Source: Candidatus Nanobsidianus stetteri (GTDB lineage: Archaea; Nanobdellota; Nanobdellia; Nanobdellales; Nanobdellaceae). From it: DNA of 32,000 bases. The first letter of the stretch is position 1, and each line of letters starts with the position of its first letter. A model generated the notes under the pieces. It ran no database searches, was not told the DNA's origin, and worked only from the letters and a program-made list of their open reading frames with translations. Made by a program: the position numbers and the translations under genes. The stretch lies in assembly GCA_000387965.1 (NCBI GenBank), contig APJZ01000001.1, positions 60,001 through 92,000 of the forward strand, given 5' to 3'. Below, piece by piece: positions 1 through 8,492 of this stretch.

Positions 1-332
1 TTTGGTCTTACAGAATTTGCTAAATAAGATGTTAATATCCCGGAACCTGTTCCTCCTTCTACAATTTTCATTCCTGGAGAAATATTTACTAAAGAATATA
101 ATAATCCTATATCTTTTTCATGAATTGATTGTGGTCCCCTTTTTAAATATCTAACAAGATCATTAAAATTATCTTCCAATATTAAAAATTCTTCATTTAA
201 ATGGGATTTAATTATACTACCAGGTTCCTTATTTAAATCTTCCTTTTTTATTATCCCAAAATGTGTATTAAAATCTTTATCTTTATCTTCTATATAAAAT
301 TTCTTACCGGTTTTTCTATGAATTATTATCAT
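1..332 (-). CDS. trmI: tRNA (adenine-N1)-methyltransferase, TrmI/Trm61 (GCD14) family; N-terminal part only, the 3' end runs off the window
   Basis: Not in the ORF track because it is truncated. My own reverse-strand translation from ATG at 332-330 gives MIIIHRKTGKKFYIEDKDKDFNTHFGIIKKEDLNKEPGSIIKSHLNEEFLILEDNFNDLVRYLKRGPQSIHEKDIGLLYSLVNISPGMKIVEGGTGSGILTSYLANSVRP. This shows the TrmI N-domain followed by SAM motif I (VEGGTGSG). Confidence 0.7.
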   Translation of the reverse strand, partial: MIIIHRKTGKKFYIEDKDKDFNTHFGIIKKEDLNKEPGSIIKSHLNEEFLILEDNFNDLVRYLKRGPQSIHEKDIGLLYSLVNISPGMKIVEGGTGSGILTSYLANSVRP

Positions 333-470
333 AAATTTCTTTATATAAAAAATATATATGAAAAATGTGTTGGTATTTTATATAAAATTTTTAATTATAG
401 TTATCTTATTATAGTAACTACAAGATATAATAATATATGATTTTGAAAATATAGAAAAATTATATATTTT

Positions 471-1070
471 CTACAACATTTTTATCGCAGATATAATTAT
501 ATCTATCGCTATTGCCAATAATATTAGACCTCCTAATTTGTTTAAAATAATTAAATTCTTCTTTCCAGCTTTTTCCAATATTAAAGTACTATTATAAATT
601 ATTATATAAGAAATTAAAAATGCTAAAGACATTATTAAAAATAAATATATCAAATTAAGATTTTCAGATGTATATATTAATGTTGTTGTAATAACGCCTG
701 GACCTGTAATTAGTGGAATTGCTAATGGGGTTGCAATAATATCCTCTAAAGATTCGTTATTATCTTTTATATTTAAATGAGATGGTATATCTTTTGTCAA
801 TATTTCGAATGCAATATAAAATAAAAATATTCCTCCAGCTATCCTAAAATCTATTAAATTTATTCCTAAAATTATTAAAAACCAATTACCAAATAAAAAT
901 ATTATTAGCCATAATATATATGCAATTAAAAATGCTCTATTGATTGCATATCTTTTTTTATTTAAATCTAATCCTAAAGAATCGAAAATAGATTCAAAAA
1001 TAAATATATTTGGAACAGTTCCCAATATAATAAACATAGTAACAAATACATTGATATATTCTGTTATCAT
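471..1070 (-). CDS. MarC family (UPF0056) integral membrane protein
   Basis: 199 aa and polytopic. Family-typical segments are FRIAGGIFLFYIAFEIL and IATPLAIPLITGPGVITTTL. Confidence 0.75.
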   Translation of the reverse strand: MITEYINVFVTMFIILGTVPNIFIFESIFDSLGLDLNKKRYAINRAFLIAYILWLIIFLFGNWFLIILGINLIDFRIAGGIFLFYIAFEILTKDIPSHLNIKDNNESLEDIIATPLAIPLITGPGVITTTLIYTSENLNLIYLFLIMSLAFLISYIIIYNSTLILEKAGKKNLIILNKLGGLILLAIAIDIIISAIKML

Positions 1071-1283
1071 AAACTGTTATACTCTTCGAAAATTTTAAAA
1101 TGAAATGCCATGAACTTATATATTTTATGATGAATTTTATATAATAAAATTTATGGACTTTATTATTACTATTTAGTAATCAATAAATATAGCATGATCT
1201 AGATAGTATTATAAATGAAAGCCTTGAAGAAGTTATGAAATACTAAATAAGAAGGTTTAATAATAAAGATTTTTCATTAATAT

Positions 1284-1291
1284 CTATAAAT
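1284..1291 (+). promoter_or_regulatory. TATA box for lysS (leaderless geometry)
   Basis: ctataaat has its centre about 26.5 nt upstream of the ATG at 1315, the same spacing seen at several other genes in this window. Confidence 0.45.
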
Positions 1292-1314
1292 TAAATTCTA
1301 CAATTAATTATGCT

Positions 1315-2850
1315 ATGGAGAATAAAGATCTGCTCAAAACTGGTTTAGAGATAGATATTGTAGATAGATTAAAAGTATTAGAAAAAATGAAAGAAAAAGG
1401 ATATAATCCATACCCATATGAATTTGATAAGACCAACGATGTAAAAGAAATAGTAAATGATCCTGATAAATTTATGGATAAGTATGTTAAGATTGCTGGA
1501 AGGGTTTATTCAGTTAGAAAACATGGTGGAATTGTATTTTATGATATAAAAGAAGAAGGTTATAGAATACAGGTTGTTATTAAAAAAGATATAACAAAAA
1601 ATTTTGAAGATGCATATGAATTTATTCAAAGAGGAGATATAATTGGTGTATATGGTAAAGTGGGGAGAACAAAAGCTGGAGAATTATCTGTATTTGCTGA
1701 AGATTGGATTATATTAACAAAATCATTAATCTCTTTACCAGATCAATGGTATGGATTTACTGATGTAGAAGAAAGATATAGAAAAAGGTATTTGGATTTA
1801 TTAATGAATGATGAAGTAAGGAGATATTTTGAAATAAGATTTAAAACAATAAGTTATGTAAGAAAATATTTTGAAAATTTAGGATATATAGAAGTACAAA
1901 CTCCTGTATTACAACCAATATATGGAGGGGCAAATGCAAAACCATTTATTACATATGTAAATGACTTAAAAGAAAATTGGTATTTGAGAATTGCTACAGA
2001 ATTATATTTAAAAAGATACCTTGTTGGTGGATTTAATAAAGTATTTGAAATTGGGCCAGATTTTAGAAATGAATCAATAGATGTAACCCACAATCCAGAA
2101 TTTACAATGTTAGAGGCATATGAAGCATATGCAAATAGGGATAAAATGATGGAAATAGTAGAAAATTTAATATATGGAATTGCAAAGGATATTATTGGAA
2201 AAGATTATATTGAATATAATGGTAAAAAGATATCATTAAAACCTCCCTGGAGAAGGTTAACAATGTATGATGCATTAAAAGAATATGCAAATATAGATGT
2301 AACAAAATTATCAGACGAAGAAATAATGGAAATAATGAAACAAAATAATATTCAATTAGAATTAAAAGAATACAATAGAGGTCTAGCGATTACTGCATTA
2401 TTTGAAGAATTGGTTGAAGATAGATTAATTGAACCAACATATATTATAGAACATCCAAAAGAGAGTACACCTTTATGTAAATTAAGTAGAAAAGACCCTT
2501 CCTTAGTTGAAAGAGCAGAGGGATATATTTTAGGAGTAGAAGTTACAAATATATATTCTGAATTAAATGATCCAATATTACAAAATAAATTATTATTAGA
2601 ACAAGCAAAAATGAGAGAATTGGGATTTGAAGAAGCTCATTTATATGACCAAGACTTTGTAGAAGCATTAATGTATGGAATGCCACCAACAGGAGGAATT
2701 GGTATAGGTATAGATAGAGTAATAATGTTATTATTAGGAATAAAAAGTATAAAAGAAATTATACCATTCCCAATGGTTAAGAAAAAAACAGAAAGTGAGG
2801 CGGTAAAGATTTTAACAAAATATACTTCAAATAAAGACAATAAAAGTTAA
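1315..2850 (+). CDS. lysS: lysyl-tRNA synthetase, class II
   Basis: 511 aa with an N-terminal OB anticodon-binding region and a class II core. Motifs: RYRKRYLDLLMNDEVRRYF, YLRIATELYLKRYLVGGFNKVFEIGPDFRNE, NPEFTMLEAYEAYA, GMPPTGGIGIGIDRVIMLL. Confidence 0.9.
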   Translation: MENKDLLKTGLEIDIVDRLKVLEKMKEKGYNPYPYEFDKTNDVKEIVNDPDKFMDKYVKIAGRVYSVRKHGGIVFYDIKEEGYRIQVVIKKDITKNFEDAYEFIQRGDIIGVYGKVGRTKAGELSVFAEDWIILTKSLISLPDQWYGFTDVEERYRKRYLDLLMNDEVRRYFEIRFKTISYVRKYFENLGYIEVQTPVLQPIYGGANAKPFITYVNDLKENWYLRIATELYLKRYLVGGFNKVFEIGPDFRNESIDVTHNPEFTMLEAYEAYANRDKMMEIVENLIYGIAKDIIGKDYIEYNGKKISLKPPWRRLTMYDALKEYANIDVTKLSDEEIMEIMKQNNIQLELKEYNRGLAITALFEELVEDRLIEPTYIIEHPKESTPLCKLSRKDPSLVERAEGYILGVEVTNIYSELNDPILQNKLLLEQAKMRELGFEEAHLYDQDFVEALMYGMPPTGGIGIGIDRVIMLLLGIKSIKEIIPFPMVKKKTESEAVKILTKYTSNKDNKS

Positions 2851-2905
2851 CCTTATTAATATTTCTATTTTTTAATATTATATGACGGTACGGTTTAGAT
2901 AAATT

Positions 2906-3678
2906 ATGTCGGTTCTGAAGAAATATATTATTTAGGACCAGAATACAGTTTTTCTCATGAAGCAGCATTAAAGGTTAGTAATAAAGTTTATCCAACAAAA
3001 AGTATTTCAGAAATATTTTATATTGTTGAAAAAGAAAAAGTTTTCGGAATAATACCTTTAGAGAATAGTATAGAAGGACCAATACATGAAAGTTTAGATA
3101 ATTTATTTAAATATGATAATATATACATAAATTATGTTTACAATATGGGAATAAAATTATTTTTGGCATCTAAAGATGGAAAAATTAAGAATACTTTGTA
3201 TACAAATCATTATGCATATAAAGAATCTGAAGAATCTATAAAAAATTTAAATATAAATAAAATAGAATTTGTTTCTAGTACATCAGAGGCTGCTAAATTG
3301 GCAAAAGAAAATAATTCAATGTGCATATGTTCTAAATTAGCAGTAGAAAATTATGGATTAAATATAATTAAAGAAATAAATATAGAAAACAATTATACAA
3401 AATTTGCTTTAATATCAAATAAACCATCATATGAAGGAAATAGATCTATAATATTATTTACAATAAAAAATAAACCCGGAGCATTATATAATGTTTTGAA
3501 AATATTTTATAAAGAAAATATCAATTTAACAATGATATATTCTAGACCTTTAAAAACCATACCATGGGAATATTATTTTTATTTAGAATTTGAAGGCAAA
3601 TATAATAAAAAACTATTAGAAAAATTAAAAAGCGTAACTGAAATTTTGAAATTTAAAGGTTCATATAAATTTTTATAA
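2906..3678 (+). CDS. pheA: prephenate dehydratase (PDT domain plus C-terminal ACT domain); 5' end irregular
   Basis: The track ORF 3145..3678 ends with the ACT-region hallmark IYSRPLKTIPWEYYFYLEFEG. The same frame stays open upstream to 2899 and encodes the PDT N-terminus (EEIYYLGPEYSFSHEAALK ... GIIPLENSIEGPI). That frame has no in-frame ATG/GTG/TTG before 3145. An ATG at 2906 lies in the adjacent frame and stops at 2933 (see findings). Confidence 0.75.
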
Positions 3679-3681
3679 AAA

Positions 3682-6123
3682 TTATACTCTTCCAATTCCA
3701 AATCTTTTTAATAATATCTTTATATTATCATTTACTAAAAATATAAAGAATAAACTATACAATGCTACAAATAAATAATAGTAAAGATTTATTGGAACAA
3801 TTATTCCAAATCCAAATAATGAAATTAAACTTGCAATTATCAATCCTGCAATTGTAGATATTAAGAAAGTTTTACTAGGCTTTGACTTATAAAATCTGTC
3901 TTTTTCCCTAAATACATATGGCATTAATAAACCAAAATATGTTATTGCTATAAAGAATAGAGAATGTAAAAGATGAACATTATTTATCTTGAATATATTT
4001 AATGCTATATATAATAACAAAGCCATTTCAGAAAATGTAAATATACCCATTGTACCTGCATATTCTACTAATTTTAATATATTCCATTTTTCAGGATATT
4101 GAGACCCTCTTTCATTATCTACAGATAATGCTATTGTTTGAAAATCTATAATAAAGAAGAATAATAATACCTCCGTAGATGATAAAATATATAATGGATT
4201 ATGATAAAAAATAGTTGTAAATAAAAACACTGATAAAACAAATACCGCAATTTCTATTGTTTTATTTATTTTTGTTAATATCCATGTAACAACCCTTTGA
4301 TATACAGATCTACCAATTGTAACTAAATCTACAATACCTCTTAAACCCTCTACCGTTAATACAACAGAAGCTGCTGATTTTGCAACATCTGTTGCATTAT
4401 ATACTGCTATACCAACTTCCGCTTGTTTCAATGATGGAGAATCATTTACACCATCTCCAGTCATTCCAACAATTTCTTTTTCCTCTTGTAAATTTTTTAC
4501 AATATAATATTTATCCTCAGGATATATTTCTGCAAATATTTCAGATTCATTAATTAATTTCTTTGCTTTTTCAGGATCTGATTTTAATAATTCTCTTAAT
4601 TCATTTCCAGATACTGCTTTATTATAATCTAACCCAATTTCTTTTCCAATTTCCTTTGCAATTGGTAATGAATCTCCAGTTAACATTTTTACTTTTATTC
4701 CGAGATCTTTTAACTTTTTAATTAATTCTGGAGTATCTTTTCTTGGAATATCATATAATGCAACAAGACCAACAGGTTCCCATTTATTATTATTATTTAT
4801 TGCAACCACCAAAGTTCTATAACCTCTTGATGCAAAATCTTCAACTATTTTTGATACTTCTTCTGGTATATCTGTTTTGCATAAATCGTTAAATATAATA
4901 TTTACTGCACCTTTTGATACATAAAATACTTTATTTTTATATAATACTTTCGCTTCTGTTCTTCTAGTAGAAGGATCAAATGGCTTAAACTCTAATATTT
5001 TGTAATCATCTTTATTTATATTAATTTCTTTCGCCTTATTAATAAATGCCATATCTATTGGATCATTATTTGATTCTTGTGATGCTAATGTTCCATATAA
5101 TATTACATCTTCCTTTTTATAATTACCCAATTCTTTTATATCAGTTATAGATAATTTATTATATGTCAAAGTACCTGTTTTATCAGAACATAATGTTGTC
5201 ATTGTTGCAGCATCTTCTATTGCAGACAATCTCGTAATTAATGCACCTTTTTTTGATAATTCTATAGAACCAACCGCCAATGTGACTGTTATCATTGCGG
5301 GTAATGCTACTGGAATTGCAAAAAGCAATAAAGATATAATTAAAGGCAATACTGTAGAAAGTATAAATTCTAAATTATGAACATATAAAAATGAAAATAA
5401 TAATGTTAATCCTCCAAATATTAATACAATTATTAATAATGCAAAAATAACTTTATTTGTTATTTCCTCAATATGCAATTTTGGTCTTGCAGTAGATACT
5501 AATTCTACTGTTCTTCCAAAGTATGTATTCCTTCCAGTTTTATATACAATACAATTTGCCTCTCCTCTTCTTATAATTGATCCTGAATATACGATCTGTC
5601 CTTTTTTCTTTTCAACTGTCAAAGATTCTCCCGTTAATACAGATTGATCTACATCCAATATATCATCACTAACAATTATACAATCTGCAGGGGATATATC
5701 TCCAGCCCTTAATCTTATTATATCTCCAGGAACTAGATATTTTGATTCAATTAATTTCCATTGCCCTTCTCTTAATACCCTTGCTTGTATTTGTAATTTT
5801 TCTTTTAATAATTCCAATGCTTTATTTGCCTTTTCTTCATGTATAAAGGATATTAATACATTAATAAATAATAAAGATAAAACTAAAGATGCATCTATAT
5901 ATCTTCCAAATATAAAATATAGTATTATAATAATTTCTAACATTATTGAAGAAAATGAAATAAATTTTTTCAAAAATTTAATCAAATTGCTTTCTTTCTT
6001 TTCCTCTACTAAATTGTATCCATACTCTTTTAACCTTTTATCTACCTCTTCTTTTGTTAAACCATAATTCAAATCTGAATTTAATTCTTGAAGAACCTTT
6101 GATAAATCTACATTATCATTCAT
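3682..6123 (-). CDS. P-type ATPase, type IIIA-like (plasma-membrane H+-ATPase family)
   Basis: 813 aa. Motifs: LTGESLTV, CSDKTGTLTYNKLSI (the NKLS variant typical of P3A pumps), MLTGDSLPIAKEIG, GMTGDGVNDSPSLKQAEVGIAV. The N-terminus GLTKEEVDKRLKEYGYN and about 10 TM segments also fit. Confidence 0.85.
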   Translation of the reverse strand: MNDNVDLSKVLQELNSDLNYGLTKEEVDKRLKEYGYNLVEEKKESNLIKFLKKFISFSSIMLEIIIILYFIFGRYIDASLVLSLLFINVLISFIHEEKANKALELLKEKLQIQARVLREGQWKLIESKYLVPGDIIRLRAGDISPADCIIVSDDILDVDQSVLTGESLTVEKKKGQIVYSGSIIRRGEANCIVYKTGRNTYFGRTVELVSTARPKLHIEEITNKVIFALLIIVLIFGGLTLLFSFLYVHNLEFILSTVLPLIISLLLFAIPVALPAMITVTLAVGSIELSKKGALITRLSAIEDAATMTTLCSDKTGTLTYNKLSITDIKELGNYKKEDVILYGTLASQESNNDPIDMAFINKAKEININKDDYKILEFKPFDPSTRRTEAKVLYKNKVFYVSKGAVNIIFNDLCKTDIPEEVSKIVEDFASRGYRTLVVAINNNNKWEPVGLVALYDIPRKDTPELIKKLKDLGIKVKMLTGDSLPIAKEIGKEIGLDYNKAVSGNELRELLKSDPEKAKKLINESEIFAEIYPEDKYYIVKNLQEEKEIVGMTGDGVNDSPSLKQAEVGIAVYNATDVAKSAASVVLTVEGLRGIVDLVTIGRSVYQRVVTWILTKINKTIEIAVFVLSVFLFTTIFYHNPLYILSSTEVLLFFFIIDFQTIALSVDNERGSQYPEKWNILKLVEYAGTMGIFTFSEMALLLYIALNIFKINNVHLLHSLFFIAITYFGLLMPYVFREKDRFYKSKPSKTFLISTIAGLIIASLISLFGFGIIVPINLYYYLFVALYSLFFIFLVNDNIKILLKRFGIGRV

Positions 6124-6415
6124 ACTATAAAAAACATTTTATTATTTAAAAGGATAACATATAAAAAATTCTTTTATTTCTATCTATTATTCTTACTACC
6201 TTGTAAGATTCGCTTTCTTTTCTACTTCTAATTTTTCAAATTATATTCTGAACCTTTTCTAAAGAAATATTAAAGTTTCTTATAACCTCTGAAAGATGTC
6301 ATAAAATATCTACAAATTCGGATATATTCTCCCCCTTTTTTTATTTGAATGTTATCTAACAATTTTCTTTATTTTATTTAATAATTCTGCAACTTACATA
6401 GAAAATTCATATAAA

Positions 6416-6499
6416 CGCCGCGGGTGGGATTTGAACCCACGCCCCCTTTCGGGGATATGGTCTCAAGCCATACCCCTTGGACCACTCGGGCACCGCGGC
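6416..6499 (-). tRNA. tRNA-Ser (anticodon UGA), type II with long variable arm, no intron, no encoded CCA
   Basis: The reverse complement folds by hand. Acceptor GCCGCGG/CCGCGGC; D arm CCC-GAGTGGTCCAA-GGG; anticodon stem TATGG/CCATA with loop CTTGAGA; variable arm CCCC-GAAA-GGGG; T arm GTGGG-TTCAAAT-CCCAC; discriminator G. Confidence 0.93.
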
Positions 6500-6518
6500 A
6501 TATAAATAATTTTGATCT

Positions 6519-6827
6519 TTATACAATTTTAAAATATTTGGGTTTTAAATATTCTAATAAATCATGGACCAAATTTGATAGATCAAAATTGTTTGAAGAA
6601 ATATATATAAAGCAATAATCAATTCTTTCCCAATAATTTAGTGCAATAGTAAATTTATTTGTATCTAACAAAAATGAAGAAAATTTTTCTCTATCCGATA
6701 TTATTATCTTTTTATTATTTATTACTAATTTATATTTATCAATTAAATAATCAAAAAATTTATATATGTCTTGCTCAGAAAATAAAAAATTATTTCCTAT
6801 TCCATTAAGAATCAGTTTTACTTCCAT
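6519..6827 (-). CDS. hypothetical protein (102 aa), start overlaps the herA 3' end by 23 nt
   Basis: Intact ORF in the same orientation as herA and immediately downstream of it. I recognise no motif. Its 3' end overlaps the likely tRNA-Ser promoter region. Confidence 0.45.
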   Translation of the reverse strand: MEVKLILNGIGNNFLFSEQDIYKFFDYLIDKYKLVINNKKIIISDREKFSSFLLDTNKFTIALNYWERIDYCFIYISSNNFDLSNLVHDLLEYLKPKYFKIV

Positions 6828-8442
6828 ATAATATTCTCTCCCTTATTATATTGTCTATATCTTCCTCTGTTCCACCAACTTCTACAGATTTTATTATCTT
6901 TAATATCGCAGGATTTTTTAATGCTAATCCAACTGCTAAACATGATCCAGTTTCTAATTTTGTTAATGCTTCAAAATATTCTCTAGATAAATATGGACAT
7001 GTTTTTCTTATGAATTCCAAATCTTTTGGATTAATTATCTTTAATAAAATAAATGTATTTAATTGAGATGTAATATCTTCAATAATACTGGAAGGTACCT
7101 GAGATACTAAAATTAATCCCAAACCAAATTTTCTCCCCTCCCTTACAATTAAAGATATTCTTGAAGAAACTTCGCTATTCTTTGATGCAAATCTATGTGC
7201 TTCTTCAATTACAATTCCTAAAATATCTGTTTTATTATTAAATTTCCAAGATTTATATTTTTCATAAGCAATTTCTAATAATATATCTATTAATATTCTC
7301 TGTTCTTCTATTGATAAAGGATATAAATCAAATATAATTACCCTTGGAATAAATTTATTAGATTCTTCCAAATATACTTCTCCATTTTCTTCTTTAACTA
7401 TATTATAATCTGAAATACCAAAGTTTCTTATATCTTCTAATAATTTGTTAAATAATTCATCTACATTTTCACCCATATCATCTACATTTTTTGGAAATAG
7501 CATCCAATCTTTTATTCTTAACAATCTTGATTGTAAAGATCTTATTACATCTTCTCTATTTTTATATTTTTCAAATACCTGTGGTGGATCTCTTTTATTT
7601 ACCATCTCCAATAATTTATCCATAAATTTTGGTGTCTTTCCCTCTTCTAATGATAAAATTCTATATAATAAAGAATATACATGGGGAGCCTGTTTTCCTG
7701 ATATTCCTAAGAAACTTTCCATATAATCTTTTATATACTTTAATGATAGTTTTGCATTATATACTACTACATTTTTCTTATTTCTTTCGCTTATTAATTT
7801 CTCAATAAATTCTCTTTCTCTTTTACTAAATGTTATTATTATAGAATTTTCAAATGACAATATATAATCTCTATGAATATCGAATAATAATATTGGTATA
7901 TTTTTCTTTGATAATTCATTTATTATATGAGCAACTGTTGTACTTTTTCCAGAACCTGTTATTCCAAATATACCAGTATGTCTTATAATTAAATTCTTTA
8001 TATTTAAATCTACAATAAATTCTTTGTTTTGTAAATTTATTTTTCCTAAAGGTATTGATAATACTTTTTCTTCAAATGAATATATTTTACTTATTTCTTC
8101 TTCTTCTGGTAAGAATACTTCATCCCCAGGAACTGGTGGTGTTTTTGGTTTTTCTTGTAATATTTTTCCATCTTTTATTACTCCAATAAATATTGCCTTT
8201 CCAATTATTAAATACTGCAATTTTTTTATTTGTCCATATAATAATTCTATTGCTTCATAATCAAACAATCTTTCCTCTTCAATAGCTTCAGATTTTAAAT
8301 CCTCAATTATCCCAAAATAGAAGAAATCACCTATTTTTACTTTAACTATACTTCCAATACCTACTGAATATCTTTCCCTTGGATCAACAACAAAATAAAA
8401 ATATTCTGATGTTGCTTCCTTTATAACATATCCAACTTTCAT
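6805..8442 (-). CDS. herA: HerA-type hexameric DNA helicase/translocase (HAS-barrel plus FtsK/HerA ATPase)
   Basis: Walker A GIFGITGSGKSTTVAHII; Walker B GIVIEEAHRF; VREGRKFGLGLILVSQVPS; HAS-barrel-like N-terminus MKVGYVIKEATSEYFYFVVDP. I place the start at the internal ATG 8442, since the track start 8505 would run into the divergent rps13. Confidence 0.85.
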   Translation of the reverse strand: MKVGYVIKEATSEYFYFVVDPRERYSVGIGSIVKVKIGDFFYFGIIEDLKSEAIEEERLFDYEAIELLYGQIKKLQYLIIGKAIFIGVIKDGKILQEKPKTPPVPGDEVFLPEEEEISKIYSFEEKVLSIPLGKINLQNKEFIVDLNIKNLIIRHTGIFGITGSGKSTTVAHIINELSKKNIPILLFDIHRDYILSFENSIIITFSKREREFIEKLISERNKKNVVVYNAKLSLKYIKDYMESFLGISGKQAPHVYSLLYRILSLEEGKTPKFMDKLLEMVNKRDPPQVFEKYKNREDVIRSLQSRLLRIKDWMLFPKNVDDMGENVDELFNKLLEDIRNFGISDYNIVKEENGEVYLEESNKFIPRVIIFDLYPLSIEEQRILIDILLEIAYEKYKSWKFNNKTDILGIVIEEAHRFASKNSEVSSRISLIVREGRKFGLGLILVSQVPSSIIEDITSQLNTFILLKIINPKDLEFIRKTCPYLSREYFEALTKLETGSCLAVGLALKNPAILKIIKSVEVGGTEEDIDNIIRERILYGSKTDS

Positions 8443-8463
8443 AGATGTATATTTATAATATAC

Positions 8464-8471
8464 TTTTAAAC
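8464..8471 (+). promoter_or_regulatory. TATA-like box for rps13
   Basis: ttttaaac has its centre about 25.5 nt upstream of the ATG at 8493, inside the 50-bp divergent spacer 8443-8492. Confidence 0.4.
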
Positions 8472-8492
8472 ATTTTTTATCTAAATATTTTA

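Noticed and set aside
1124-1135. C-box-like atgatga in the marC-lysS spacer, considered as a C/D box sRNA
   Set aside because: No D box (ctga) or C'/D' pair lies within 40-70 nt on that strand, and there is no terminal stem. The single match is expected by chance in AT-rich DNA.
6424-6618. Track ORF of 64 aa on the plus strand (MGFEPTPPFGDMVSSHTPWTTRAPRH...)
   Set aside because: Its first 25 codons are simply the antisense of the GC-rich tRNA-Ser gene, and the rest is antisense to the 102-aa ORF. It is an artefact of the only GC-rich patch in the region.
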